A stretch of DNA of 64,000 nt from Chloroflexota bacterium (lineage in GTDB: Bacteria > Chloroflexota > UBA11872 > VXOZ01): contig OY760183.1 of the NCBI GenBank assembly GCA_963663275.1, positions 2,208,001 to 2,272,000 of the forward strand. The letters run 5' to 3'. The notes under the pieces were generated by a model that was not told the origin of the DNA, made no database searches, and saw nothing but the letters and a program-made list of their open reading frames with translations. This document shows, piece by piece, positions 39,004 to 49,119 of this stretch (positions are counted from its first letter, which is position 1; the number at the start of each line of letters is the position of its first letter). The translations under genes were made by a program, and so were the position numbers.

Positions 39004-39894
39004 CTACTCGTTTCCTTCCAGCCAGATAGGATTGCTCCAGGCGCGCCGCCCTTGGAAGTCGACGCACTCCAGGCGGACGTACGTGTGTTCCTTCCGCAGC
39101 GAATAGTGGGCGGAGGTGAGGGGATCGCCTTGCGGCGAGGGAATTGCCAGCCCGTGCGCGCGTTCGGACATGAAGGCAATCGTGCGCACCGGCGAGGTCT
39201 TGGCAGAAGCCACGCCGTCCTCGATGCGAAAGTCGTAGATCTCCGGCCCCTGCGTGGCGTAGAAGTCGCCGGCCGCGATTGCCGCCAGGATAGCGTCCGG
39301 CGTGCACGCGGCGGCTTTTGCCATGATCCAGCCGCCGCCGGCGTCCGGCAGTCTCCAGTGGGTGTCGTCCACGGCAAGGCCGAACAGCGGTCGCTTGCGG
39401 TCGAGCAAGCCGTCCCAGAGATACGTGCTGTCGCCCTTGTTGATGCTGACGTGGGTGCCGTAGTTGAAGACTTCGAGGCCGGTAGCGCCTTCGAGATGGG
39501 TGAGGTCGGTGGTGACGTGTCCCAGCCAGTAGGGATGCGCCAGCACCGCCAGGCCGCCGTCCGCGCGGATGGCGTCGATTGCGCCCTGGGCGTCGAGGTC
39601 CGGCGGCTGCTCGTGCATGTCGCGCAGTCCCAGACCGACGATGTGATACCCGCCGCCCGCCCGCGCGTCGTCGCCGTTGAGTTCCATCCCCGGAATGAGC
39701 ACGGGGCTGCGCTGCGGCGGCTCGTCGAAGAGGGTCAGGGTGCGGTGGTCGGTGATCGAAAGGAAGTCGTAGCCCGTCGTCCAATACCACAAACATACCA
39801 TCTCCGGCGGATAGAGCCCGTCGGAATTGGTGGAGTGGGTGTGGAGGTTTCCCTTGTACCAGTTGCCGGGCTTCTGGAAGACGGTTTGGGACAT
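39004..39894 (-). CDS. PHP-domain metallohydrolase (CehA/McbA-like)
   Basis: 'GNLHTHST.SDG', 'ITDH', 'AHPYW', 'EVFN', 'DDTH', 'WSNPIW'. Confidence 0.85.
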   Translation of the reverse strand: MSQTVFQKPGNWYKGNLHTHSTNSDGLYPPEMVCLWYWTTGYDFLSITDHRTLTLFDEPPQRSPVLIPGMELNGDDARAGGGYHIVGLGLRDMHEQPPDLDAQGAIDAIRADGGLAVLAHPYWLGHVTTDLTHLEGATGLEVFNYGTHVSINKGDSTYLWDGLLDRKRPLFGLAVDDTHWRLPDAGGGWIMAKAAACTPDAILAAIAAGDFYATQGPEIYDFRIEDGVASAKTSPVRTIAFMSERAHGLAIPSPQGDPLTSAHYSLRKEHTYVRLECVDFQGRRAWSNPIWLEGNE

Positions 39895-40152
39895 GGGCGC
39901 TCGCTTTCTCTCCGTGTGAGGCGTTCCGGTTCTGTTCAGCGGTTTCCGCCTCTATTCTAGCGTATTGTCCTGCGCGTTGGATTCCAGGCGCGCGCAGCGC
40001 CGTGTAGAGACCTGGATGCTGCCAATTCGAACTTGGCGGCAATAGGCGCCGCGCCTCTTGTCCCCGGCAGCGCAGGTTCGCGCGAGACGTGCGCGCAACC
40101 TGCTACTGATGCAGGGTCGAATGAGGTCGTAGTGATCATACCGCGCGGTTTC

Positions 40153-40182
40153 CGTAGGGGCGGTTCGCGAACCGCCCCTACG
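40153..40182. repeat. perfect 30-bp GTAG-type palindrome
   Basis: CGTAGGGGCGGTTCG-CGAACCGCCCCTACG is its own reverse complement. Confidence 0.8.
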
Positions 40183-40225
40183 CCTCAGCCGGCGAGATAC
40201 ATGGGAGAATGGGCCGCGCCGGAAA

Positions 40226-41305
40226 CTAGGCCACGCGGTACGCGACCAAGGCTTCTTCATTCAGCGTGATGCCAAAGCCGGGCCTGTCCGGCGGCGCGAG
40301 CATGCCGTCTTCGTCCAACATGAGCGGTTCCTGGAACGTCTTGCCCCACATGGGATCCACAGTATCGCGGTAATACTCGAGGATGAGCCCGTTGGGTATG
40401 GCGGTGACCAGGTGAACGTGAATCTCCTGCGAGCCGTGGGGCGCGACGGCCAGATCGTGGGCGGCGGCGAGCGCGGCGATGCGGCGAAACTCGGTGACGC
40501 CGCCGCAGATGTTGGCGTCGGCGTTGAGGATACTGGCCGATTGGTGCTGGATCAGGTCGCGGAAACCGTAGCGCGTGTACTCGTTCTCGCCGGTGGCGAT
40601 GGGGATGCTGGTGGACTGGGCGACCCGGGCGCAGCCTTGGTAGTCATCCGCGCCCACCGGCTCCTCGAACCAGTAGATGTCGTACTTCTCCATCTGCGCC
40701 GCGATGCGGATGGCTTCGTGGGCGGGATAGGCATTGTTGGCGTCCACCATCACGCCTACGTCCGGGCCGACCGTCTCGCGCACCACGCGCACGCGCTCCA
40801 CGTCCTCGCGAATGGGCGCGCCGCCGATCTTCATCTTGACGGCACGCGCGCCCAGGCGTAGGTTTTCCGCCATTTCTTCCGCCAATTCGTTGAGGCCCTT
40901 GCCTTCTTCGTAGTAGCCGCCGGCGATGTACACCGGGATGCGCGCCGCGTAGCCGCCGAGCAGTTGGTGCACCGACTTGCCCGTGGCTTTGCCGATCAGG
41001 TCCCACAGGGCAATGTCCAGGCTGGAGATTGTGCGGGTCTCCGTGCCGCGCCGCCCAACCAGCTTAGGCACCCAGAGGGAATGCCAGATTCGTTCCACGT
41101 TGAACGGGTCTTGGCCGACGAGCAGCGGCGTGAATTGCGCCATGAGGGAAGGGTTGACGCCGCCAAGTCCGAGGCCGGCGATGCCGGCGTCGGTCTCGAT
41201 TTCCACCACGGAGAGGATGACGTCGGTGTAGGTGAACATGCCGTTGCGTATGGGTACGCGCCGGGGCCAGCGGTACTGGCGATGGGAGACGTTGGTGATC
41301 TGCAT
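40226..41305 (-). CDS. mandelate racemase-subgroup enzyme (probable acid-sugar dehydratase/racemase)
   Basis: 'DIALWDL.GK', 'KMKIG', 'DAN', 'FEEP', 'TGEN', 'APH'. Confidence 0.9.
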   Translation of the reverse strand: MQITNVSHRQYRWPRRVPIRNGMFTYTDVILSVVEIETDAGIAGLGLGGVNPSLMAQFTPLLVGQDPFNVERIWHSLWVPKLVGRRGTETRTISSLDIALWDLIGKATGKSVHQLLGGYAARIPVYIAGGYYEEGKGLNELAEEMAENLRLGARAVKMKIGGAPIREDVERVRVVRETVGPDVGVMVDANNAYPAHEAIRIAAQMEKYDIYWFEEPVGADDYQGCARVAQSTSIPIATGENEYTRYGFRDLIQHQSASILNADANICGGVTEFRRIAALAAAHDLAVAPHGSQEIHVHLVTAIPNGLILEYYRDTVDPMWGKTFQEPLMLDEDGMLAPPDRPGFGITLNEEALVAYRVA

Positions 41306-41316
41306 GGTCTGTCCTT

Positions 41317-42711
41317 TCAATAGGCCGGTTGATTGAAGATGGCGATCAACGTGCGCAGCAGGATGCGAATGTCGAAGAAGATCGACCAGTTTTCGATGTA
41401 GTAGAGGTCGTACTGGGTGCGCAGTTCGATGGGCACGTCGCCGCGCAGGCCGTTGACCTGCGCCCAGCCGGTCATGCCGGCCTTCTCCCGGTGGCGCTCC
41501 ATGTAGCGGGGGATTTCGGCGCTGAATTGCTTTACGTACTGCGGCTGTTCGGCGCGGGGCCCGACCAAGCTCATGTGGCCGATGAGCACGTTGATCAGGT
41601 TGGGCAACTCGTCGATGGAGAAACGCCGCAGGAACGTGCCCAGGCGGGTGCGGCGCGGGTCGTTGGGCACGGTCCAGTCCCGGCCGGAACCGTCCTCAAT
41701 CATGGTGCGAAACTTGATGAGCGGGAAGGCCTTACCGTCGTGGCCCACGCGCTCCTGGATGAAGAACGTCGGGCCGGACGAATCCAGGCGAATCAGCAAA
41801 GCAACGAGCAGCATGGGGCCGGAGAAGGCGACCAAGGTGGCGGCGGCGACCAAAACGTCCATTGTGCGCTTTGCCGCCCGGTGCCAGCCGGCGAGGCGGG
41901 GCTCCTTGACCGTGAGCAGAGGCAGGCCGGAGATTTCATCGACTTGGATGGTGGTGACGAGAAACTGAAAGAGATCCGGGTGCACCCGGATGTGGACGTT
42001 TTCCGTGGGACAGAGATCGAGGATGTTCAGGAGTTCGCCGGTATTGAGCGCCGGCAGTGTGATGATGATCTCGCGCACGTCGTGTTCGCGGATGACGTGC
42101 GGCAGCGTCTCTACCTTGCCCAGCAACGGGTATTGCAGGCGGCGGAGGCGGCCGTCGGGGTCGTCATCCAGTATGCCGATTACCTCGTAGCCAAGGTGCG
42201 GTAAGCGCCGGAGATGGCCGTGCACGATCTCGCTGCCGACGCCGTGGCCCACGATGACGGTGCGCACCGTGCCAATGTTCCGCTGATGCAGCGCGCCGCG
42301 GATGAACGAGAGGATGACGCGCTCGCCGGTGAGGAAGAGAACGCTGAGCGCCGCCGTGTAGCCAATGAGGAGGCGGGAGTAGACGAACCCCTCCCGCCAG
42401 AAGAAGGTAGAGACGCCAACGGAGATGACCGTGCCCAGCGCGACGGCGGCGAATGTCTTGAGGAGGTGCTCTTCCGCCGCCACCTGGCGTTCGGGACGGT
42501 ACAAGCCATAGATGAGCAACATGCCCAGGTACGCCCCGGTCAAGAGCAGCCACAGCCGGTAGTAGACCGCGAGCGCGTGGATCTCTTCCGGCGGCGGCCA
42601 GCCCAGCGTAAAGCGGACGTAATGAGCGCAGAGGAATGCAAGCGCGATTGCCAGCGTGTCGAATGCCAGCCACAGCGCTATGAAGATGACGTTGAGCGTT
42701 CTGCGCGACAC
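41317..42711 (-). CDS. undecaprenyl-phosphate sugar phosphotransferase (WcaJ-like priming enzyme)
   Basis: N-terminal TM segments and a Rossmann-like domain, then 'KFRTM', 'DELP.L.NV..G.MSLVGPR', 'GMTGWAQVNG'. Confidence 0.92.
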   Translation of the reverse strand: MSRRTLNVIFIALWLAFDTLAIALAFLCAHYVRFTLGWPPPEEIHALAVYYRLWLLLTGAYLGMLLIYGLYRPERQVAAEEHLLKTFAAVALGTVISVGVSTFFWREGFVYSRLLIGYTAALSVLFLTGERVILSFIRGALHQRNIGTVRTVIVGHGVGSEIVHGHLRRLPHLGYEVIGILDDDPDGRLRRLQYPLLGKVETLPHVIREHDVREIIITLPALNTGELLNILDLCPTENVHIRVHPDLFQFLVTTIQVDEISGLPLLTVKEPRLAGWHRAAKRTMDVLVAAATLVAFSGPMLLVALLIRLDSSGPTFFIQERVGHDGKAFPLIKFRTMIEDGSGRDWTVPNDPRRTRLGTFLRRFSIDELPNLINVLIGHMSLVGPRAEQPQYVKQFSAEIPRYMERHREKAGMTGWAQVNGLRGDVPIELRTQYDLYYIENWSIFFDIRILLRTLIAIFNQPAY

Positions 42712-42789
42712 GGCGCTTCTCCTCCCCGGCTAGGGCCTGATAGGAGTATGTATTCTATATCCAACTTCACGTGATTGTCCGACCTCACG

Positions 42790-42883
42790 TGTCATTCCGA
42801 ACGAAGCGCAGCGGAGAGAGGAATCTAATGCGCAATCCTGCAAAGCCAACATGCTTAGATTCCTCGCTGCGCTCGGAATGACA
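42790..42883. repeat. REP-like inverted doublet (TGTCATTCCGA...GAATCT / AGATTCC...GGAATGACA)
   Basis: Same family as 6469-6569. Confidence 0.8.
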
Positions 42884-42905
42884 CACAAATGTCCCTGTCA
42901 GCCTG

Positions 42906-43796
42906 CTAGAGCCCGGTGAGACGCGGCGCTTGCCCGGATTCACGCCGCAGCCGGAGCCGGCACATTGCAAGCGCGCAGAAGAGCCAAATCGCCATAAAGA
43001 CCAGCACATTCAAGACAGTCGGGTTGCGATGCGCCTGGTGCTTGGCGTAGAACAGGTGCATCGCGCGAAAGAACTCGAACGTCATGCGGCCGGGCCGCTG
43101 GCGGCTGCTCTCGCCCTTATGGTGACGCACGGCGACTTTCGGCCAATACCACACTTGCCATCCAGCTTGCTTGATGCGGTAGCAGAGGTCAAGGTCTTCG
43201 CCGTACATGAAGAAGGCGTCGTCCAGCGGCCCCGCTTGGTCGAGGGCTGCGCGGCGAATGAACATAAATGCGCCCACTACCGCGTCCAGGGGGTAGCTTT
43301 CATTGGAATCGAGATAGGAGAGATTGTAGCCGGCCGTGACGCGCGACCGGGGAAAGCGTCCGGCGAGGCCTGTGGCTTTCATGAGCGCGTTCCAGGGGGT
43401 GGGAAACGAGCGGCGGCAGGCAAGGTCCAGGCTGCCGTCGGCGCGTATGAGCTTGGGGCCGACAATTCCCCATTGAGGATGCCGCGCCATCACGTCGTAG
43501 AGTTGCGCGAGCGCGGTGGGCGGGAGTTCCGTGTCCGGGTTGAGCAAGAGAACGTAGCGCCCGCGGGTGCGCGGCAAAGCCAGATTGTTGCCCGCCGCGA
43601 AGCCAATGTGCGGCGAGCCCAGGATGCGCCCCGCGTGGGGAAACTCGGCCGCCACCATGTCGAGCGAATCGTCGTCGCCGTTGTCCACGACGAATACCTC
43701 GAAGCCGGGCGCGAAGTCGCTGGCATAGAGCGAGGCGAGGCAGGCGCGCAGCAACGGCAGAACGTTGTGAGTAACAATGACGATGGAGAGTTCCAT
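42906..43796 (-). CDS. glycosyltransferase family 2 (WbbL-like)
   Basis: 'VVDN', 'GFAAGNN', 'LLNPDT', 'FFMYGEDLDLC'. Confidence 0.9.
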   Translation of the reverse strand: MELSIVIVTHNVLPLLRACLASLYASDFAPGFEVFVVDNGDDDSLDMVAAEFPHAGRILGSPHIGFAAGNNLALPRTRGRYVLLLNPDTELPPTALAQLYDVMARHPQWGIVGPKLIRADGSLDLACRRSFPTPWNALMKATGLAGRFPRSRVTAGYNLSYLDSNESYPLDAVVGAFMFIRRAALDQAGPLDDAFFMYGEDLDLCYRIKQAGWQVWYWPKVAVRHHKGESSRQRPGRMTFEFFRAMHLFYAKHQAHRNPTVLNVLVFMAIWLFCALAMCRLRLRRESGQAPRLTGL

Positions 43797-43807
43797 AGAC
43801 GCCGGGC

Positions 43808-44857
43808 CTAGCGGTTTTGTCTATCTTGCGGTGAACGGCCGCGCGGCAGCGTACGGCTGTTTCGCAAGCGACGCCAGCGCCACCATACGCCCACCGGATA
43901 GCCAAGCATCTTGGCGACGTCGCCCACAACGCGTAGACCTAGGATACCGGTCAGCGTGGGAAGAAGACTCGCCGTGCCGCGCGGCGCGGGATCGGTCAGC
44001 GTGCGCATCAGCGGCTTGCGGACGGCGGCGACAGCGGCCAGCGCGAGTACCGCCCACCATGCGGGATGCCGCCGGCCGCGCCACAGCAATGCGCTCCCGA
44101 GCAGGTACGCGGCATAGCGCAGGGCGTGGCGTTCCGGCCAGAGGTTCGCCTTGCCGTCGCCCCGGGCGTACCGGTAGTACTGCGTGAAGAACGCGCGCAG
44201 GTCTGGGCGGGGACGGAAGCGCACGCTCGCCGCCGGTTGAAAGACGACGCGCGCGCCCGCCGCCTGGCAATTGCGGTCGAACACCACGTCTTCGCAATAG
44301 TCGAGCCACTCCGGGTAGCCCCCCGCTCGTTCCCACAAGCTGCGGCGGAACGCCACCGTGCGGCTGGAGGCGAGGTAGGACTCTTCCCGCACTTCACTCA
44401 CCAGCGGCAGCGTGGTGGCTGCCAGCAGTTCCTCGAAGCGGGTCTTTGGATCCGCGCGGGAGTACCCGGCAACCATGTCAACCTCCGGCCGTTCTTCCAG
44501 CGGACGCGCGAGTTCGGCCAGCCAGTACGGAGGCAGGGAAACGCCGGCGTCGGTGACGGCGATTACGTCGCCGCCGGCGGCCTGGATGGCGGCGTTGCGC
44601 CCCTGGGCGATGTTGGCTTCCGGGAGTTCGAGCAGGACGACCGGGCACTGGGCTCCGGCTTTCGCCGGAATGACGGATTCGGGCCGGCCCGCGGCGAACG
44701 CGCGCAGCAAGGGTATGGTGCCGTCCGTGGAGCCGCCGTCGGCAATGACAATCTCGTCCGGCGGGCGCTCCTGCGCCGCCAGCGACGCCAGAAGCGCGGG
44801 CAACGCCGCTTCCTCGTTGCGCACGGTGACGATGAGAGAGACGCTAGACGTGGGCAT
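43808..44857 (-). CDS. glycosyltransferase family 2 carrying an in-frame palindromic-repeat insertion
   Basis: 'VRNEE', 'DGGSTDGT', 'GRNAAI', 'TDAG', 'CEDVVF'; inserted 'SVIPAKAGAQ'. Confidence 0.88.
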   Translation of the reverse strand: MPTSSVSLIVTVRNEEAALPALLASLAAQERPPDEIVIADGGSTDGTIPLLRAFAAGRPESVIPAKAGAQCPVVLLELPEANIAQGRNAAIQAAGGDVIAVTDAGVSLPPYWLAELARPLEERPEVDMVAGYSRADPKTRFEELLAATTLPLVSEVREESYLASSRTVAFRRSLWERAGGYPEWLDYCEDVVFDRNCQAAGARVVFQPAASVRFRPRPDLRAFFTQYYRYARGDGKANLWPERHALRYAAYLLGSALLWRGRRHPAWWAVLALAAVAAVRKPLMRTLTDPAPRGTASLLPTLTGILGLRVVGDVAKMLGYPVGVWWRWRRLRNSRTLPRGRSPQDRQNR

Positions 44858-46052
44858 GGCTCGGCTCCGCGAGGCGCTCGTAGAAGTCAAGCAGGCGCGG
44901 GGTAAAGCGCCGCCAGTCGTAGAGTTCCTCCGCCAGGCGTTTGGAGGCCCGGCCTTGCTCTTCCGCCAGCAGGCGGTCGCGCAGCAGTTCAAGCGTATGC
45001 GCGGCAAAGGTTTCCGGCGTATCGCCGATGCGTACGTGTTCGCCCGGTAGCGCCGCGATACCCTCGATGCCGATACTCGTGGTCACGACCGGTTTGGCCC
45101 ACAGGAAGGCTTCGAGAATCTTGACGCGCATACCGCTTCCCGCCCGCAGCGGCACTACCGCCACCCACGCGCTGCCCAGCGCCTGCGCAAACTCCCTATC
45201 GTCCAGGTAGCCCAGGAGGCGTATCCCCGGCTGGCGGAGCCAGAGGCTGCCCCGGCCCGCGCCGGAACCGGCAATGATGAACTCAGCCGTGGGCGCTTCG
45301 GCGCGAATGAGCGGCCAGACCCGCGTGCAGAACCAGCGCAAGCCGTCCCGGTTGGGGCGGTAGTCCAGCTTGCCCGCGAAGAAGAGGCGCGGAGAACTCG
45401 CCAGGGGCTTTTCCGGCGGCTCGTGCTCTTCCGGCGAGACGCCGATGGGAACGACCGCGTGGGGCTTGCCGCCAGCAAGTGGCTTCAGCGAGGCCGCGTC
45501 CACGTCGGAAACGGCGATCCAGCCGTCGCTCGCCGCAAGCGCCTCCGCTTCATACGACCGCAGCCGCCGCGCCTGCTCCCGCGAGTACCAGCGTCCCACG
45601 GCGCCGGAAACGGCGGCTATGCGTTCCTGCAATACGTACTCCACGTTGTGCTCGTCGAGCACCAGCAGACTCTGAGGGCTGTGTTCTCTGGCCACGGCGA
45701 GGTACGGGGCCATCTCCAGTCCCTCGCACTGCACGACGTCGAAGCGCTGATTCGCCAGCATGAATCGCAGCCGCTCGGCAAAGGCCTCGCTCCGCAGGCG
45801 CAGCGCCAGGTCCGGTTCGGGGCTCCGCAGCAGGTTCATTGTGCGGTCGAGCCGTGTGGGATGAGGCCGCGCTACCCACCCGGCCCAGTTGCATACTTCA
45901 TCGAGCGCGCTCAGGTCCGTGCCGGCATCGCCAAAGCACAGTACGTACACCTGGTGCCGGGTAGCGGCGCCGGCGATGAGTTGATAGTTGCGGATGGCCG
46001 GGCCGGCGTGAGGCGGCCAGGGCGGTTGCGGCGTGAGGAAGAGCACGCGCAT
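44844..46052 (-). CDS. glycosyltransferase family 4
   Basis: 'HNVE', 'FAGKLDYRPN', 'PLRAGSGMRVKILEA', 'PVVTT'. Confidence 0.9.
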   Translation of the reverse strand: MRVLFLTPQPPWPPHAGPAIRNYQLIAGAATRHQVYVLCFGDAGTDLSALDEVCNWAGWVARPHPTRLDRTMNLLRSPEPDLALRLRSEAFAERLRFMLANQRFDVVQCEGLEMAPYLAVAREHSPQSLLVLDEHNVEYVLQERIAAVSGAVGRWYSREQARRLRSYEAEALAASDGWIAVSDVDAASLKPLAGGKPHAVVPIGVSPEEHEPPEKPLASSPRLFFAGKLDYRPNRDGLRWFCTRVWPLIRAEAPTAEFIIAGSGAGRGSLWLRQPGIRLLGYLDDREFAQALGSAWVAVVPLRAGSGMRVKILEAFLWAKPVVTTSIGIEGIAALPGEHVRIGDTPETFAAHTLELLRDRLLAEEQGRASKRLAEELYDWRRFTPRLLDFYERLAEPSHAHV

Positions 46053-47173
46053 CAGTCAACCTCCGCCGGCTCCGGCGCGGACGCCGCCTCACGATAGACG
46101 GCGAGCGTCCGCTCAGCCGTTGCGCGCCAAGAGAACCGTCGCGCGCGCTCGCTACCCGTGGCTATGAGGCTATCCCGCAGTGTCGAGTCTTGCATAAGGG
46201 TCGCAATGCCGTCCGCAATCGACTCCGTCACGTTGGGATCCACCAGCACGGCGGCGTTTCCGGCAACTTCCGCCATGCTGCCGCAGTTTGACGTAAGCAC
46301 CGGGCAGCCGGACGCCATTGCTTCGAGAATTGGCAATCCGAATCCTTCGTAGCGGGATGGAAAGAGGAGAGCAAGCGCGCCGGAGTAGAGCGGCGGCAAA
46401 TCGGCATCGCTCACGTGCCCCAGAAAGCGCACCTGGTCCTCTACGCGCTGCGCTTGCACCGCTTCCAGGACTCTATCGTACTGGTAGCCCCTGCCGCCGG
46501 CGAAGACCAGGTGGGGGAGGTCGCCGCGCGGCAGCGAGGCGTAGGCCGCGATGAGGCGTTCCAGATTCTTGCGCGCCTCGATTGTGCCGACGACGAGAAA
46601 GTACGGATGAGGAAGATCGAGGCGGCCGCGCATATTCTCAACAGCGGACGTAGGGTGCGGGAAATAGGCCGGATCCGCCGCCAGGTGGACTGTCTCCACC
46701 CGCTCCGGCGCGATCGAAACGCGATTGAGGACTTCCTGCCGGGTAAAGTCCGATATGGTAATCACCTTGGCCGCGTGACGCAGCGAGCGAAAGACCTGCG
46801 CGTAGTAGCGGAGGCTCTCGGGACTATAGGCCTCCGGGTGGGCGAGGAAAGCAAGGTCGAGTACGGAAACGACGCTTTGCCAGCCCCGGCGGTGGGGCGC
46901 GACATGGTCGGGACTATGCAGCACGTCCACGTTGCTCGATCCAACTTCCGCGGCCAGCAGCCACCGTTCCCAGCGGTGGTGCGCCGGCGTTATGACCCGC
47001 CGGCGCATCATTGGCGCTCGCGCCAGCGCCTTTCGATCCCGTCTGCTTTGAAAGAGAATCAACTCCGTCCCGGCCGGGGCGCACTGGGGGAACTCCTGTA
47101 CGAGGTTGCGAATGTAGCGGCCGATACCGGTGCGGTTGTAGTAGTGGAGGCGGCAATCGATGCCAATTCTCAT
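46052..47173 (-). CDS. glycosyltransferase family 4 (group 1)
   Basis: 'TGIGRY', 'VGTIEARKN', 'PSRYEGFGLPILEAMASGCPV'. Confidence 0.92.
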   Translation of the reverse strand: MRIGIDCRLHYYNRTGIGRYIRNLVQEFPQCAPAGTELILFQSRRDRKALARAPMMRRRVITPAHHRWERWLLAAEVGSSNVDVLHSPDHVAPHRRGWQSVVSVLDLAFLAHPEAYSPESLRYYAQVFRSLRHAAKVITISDFTRQEVLNRVSIAPERVETVHLAADPAYFPHPTSAVENMRGRLDLPHPYFLVVGTIEARKNLERLIAAYASLPRGDLPHLVFAGGRGYQYDRVLEAVQAQRVEDQVRFLGHVSDADLPPLYSGALALLFPSRYEGFGLPILEAMASGCPVLTSNCGSMAEVAGNAAVLVDPNVTESIADGIATLMQDSTLRDSLIATGSERARRFSWRATAERTLAVYREAASAPEPAEVD

Positions 47174-47271
47174 GCGCTGATGCTCGGCCCGTGTGGGATT
47201 CTAGGCGCTTGGCGAGGCTTCAAGGGATCCTATGATTCAGCAGACTGCTGCTCGGAAGCGGTCAGCCCTCA

Positions 47272-48753
47272 TCATAGCATCCCCGCGCCGGCGTCGGCAG
47301 CGTCGCGCGGGCCTCGCCGCGACCAGGCCGCGGCTGCGCCCAGTCCGGCGGTGAGCCAGAAGAGCGTTGCCATGTGCGGGAAGGCGACATAATGATGATC
47401 GAACAGTCCGGTAACCAGCGCCCCCAGCAGCCCGGCAATCGCGCCGAGCACAATCCACTCGTTCGCGGAATCTTCCCCGGACTTGGTGTCTTCTGCCGTA
47501 TTGCTCGCTCCGCGCGCGCGCCAGTCTTGCCACACGCTCCACAGCACGGCCCCAACCGCCAGGCAGAAAGCGCCGAGGGTGAGGATTCCGCCCAATTCGG
47601 CCAGTTGCAGGTAGATGCTCGAGACGCCGACAAACGTGTCTATCGTTGGCGGCGGGCCGAAACCCACGCCGAGCAACGGGTAGTCCTGGATGAGTTGAAA
47701 CGACTTGGCATATTCATCGAGGCGCATTGCCGCCGCCCGATCCTGCGCGCGCAAGCCGGAGATGAGGTGCATGAGCATGGCGCGCGTTTGGGGCAGGGCG
47801 ACGATTGCCAGGCCGCCGAGCGGATAGAGCCACAGGAGGGCGCGGTAGCGCAGCACGGTCAGCGCCGCGATGGCCGCGGCGCTGCCCAGCAAGGCGGCGC
47901 GGGACCGGGTGAGAAGGAGGCAGAGCAGGAACAGGCCCAATACGCCGAGCAGCCACCAGCGCCGGGGTTGATGCGCCCACAGCGCCACGCCAAAGGCAAT
48001 GGCGAACACTAGCGCGCCGCCAAGCATGTTGGGGTCGATGCTGGTGCCCGTCGCGCGCAGCAAAGGAGTGTCGGCGATATAGCGCAGCACGCCGCCGCCG
48101 ACGGGATAGCCAAATCGCCCCAACTGGGAGAGGATGCTCACGGCGCTGCCCGCGGGCAGGAAGTAGAACAGCACGCCGAGCAGCGCCTCGACGGCGGCGC
48201 ACGCCAGGAACCACGCGGCCGCGCGCCGGATGGCTATCGGGGACTGGAGCCACGACGTGAGCATGACGAAGAGGAGCGCGCTGGAGGCCAGCTTGATCGA
48301 GTGCGTAACGGCGTCTTCGGTGAGGCCGAAACGCAGACCGTTGGCGGCCGCCACCAGCAGCAAGAGGGCATAGAACGCAACGGCGATGACGGGGACGCGC
48401 GGCGGGAGCGACGCGCGGCGCGTGCACACCTGCCAGGCAAAGAGCATGAGCAGCGCGCCGGTGGCCAGGTCCAGGAAGCTGAAGCGAAAGCCGATGCGGA
48501 ACGGCAGCGTGCCAAAGGGCAGCAGCCAGACTATTGCTATCAGCCCGATGAGCGCAAATCCCGGCTGGAAGGCAACGGCAATGGCGCCAACCAGCCCGGC
48601 AAGCAGGAAGAGCAGCACGAACGGCGAGAAGTTGACCGCTCCCCAGCCGATGCCGACGCCGAGCAACACGGCAATGACGACGACGAGCAGAGTCCATGAC
48701 TTGCCGGCGGTAGCGCCGCGCCGCAGGAGAGCGGCCGGCAGTCCTGCGTTCAT
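47272..48753 (-). CDS. O-antigen ligase/polymerase family membrane protein
   Basis: About 12 TM segments; 'RATGT..DPN', 'LTRSR', 'PLLGVGFG'. Confidence 0.85.
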   Translation of the reverse strand: MNAGLPAALLRRGATAGKSWTLLVVVIAVLLGVGIGWGAVNFSPFVLLFLLAGLVGAIAVAFQPGFALIGLIAIVWLLPFGTLPFRIGFRFSFLDLATGALLMLFAWQVCTRRASLPPRVPVIAVAFYALLLLVAAANGLRFGLTEDAVTHSIKLASSALLFVMLTSWLQSPIAIRRAAAWFLACAAVEALLGVLFYFLPAGSAVSILSQLGRFGYPVGGGVLRYIADTPLLRATGTSIDPNMLGGALVFAIAFGVALWAHQPRRWWLLGVLGLFLLCLLLTRSRAALLGSAAAIAALTVLRYRALLWLYPLGGLAIVALPQTRAMLMHLISGLRAQDRAAAMRLDEYAKSFQLIQDYPLLGVGFGPPPTIDTFVGVSSIYLQLAELGGILTLGAFCLAVGAVLWSVWQDWRARGASNTAEDTKSGEDSANEWIVLGAIAGLLGALVTGLFDHHYVAFPHMATLFWLTAGLGAAAAWSRRGPRDAADAGAGML

Positions 48754-48765
48754 TCTGGGATCTCT

Positions 48766-49119
48766 CTAATCCGCCGTGGGATCTGCGGCGGCGTGGTGCT
48801 CTTCAGCCGTGATGAACGTGCCGCCCTGGATGTGGCGGCTCTGCTCTTCATACTGGAGGTTGTAGTGAATCTCGATGCGCATGTGCTGGAAGCACGTGTC
48901 GCTGCGGCCCATGGCGTCCTTGTAGAGGCTGTAGCCGGTGGGCGCGTCGCCTTCGCCGGAATCCTCGAATTCTTCAACCAGGTCGTATCCCTTGCGCGCC
49001 ATGATTGCCACGGTCTCGCCGCAGCGGTTGCAGCGCACGTAGTACCACAGCAGGTCCGGGTCGACGCCCGGTTCCGCGTCTCCGTCCGGGCCCCCAAGGA
49101 GGCGTTTGAGAAACTTCAT
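48766..49119 (-). CDS. hypothetical protein with CxxC motif
   Basis: About 117 aa starting 'MKFLKRLLG'; 'VRCNRCGE' plus a later Cys; GGAG SD. Confidence 0.6.
   Translation of the reverse strand: MKFLKRLLGGPDGDAEPGVDPDLLWYYVRCNRCGETVAIMARKGYDLVEEFEDSGEGDAPTGYSLYKDAMGRSDTCFQHMRIEIHYNLQYEEQSRHIQGGTFITAEEHHAAADPTAD

Noticed and set aside
37862-40042. 726-aa ORF as a large fusion protein
   Set aside because: The N-terminal half is an alternative-frame read-through overlapping the PHP gene; the real enolase-family gene starts at GTG 38986 with a strong SD.
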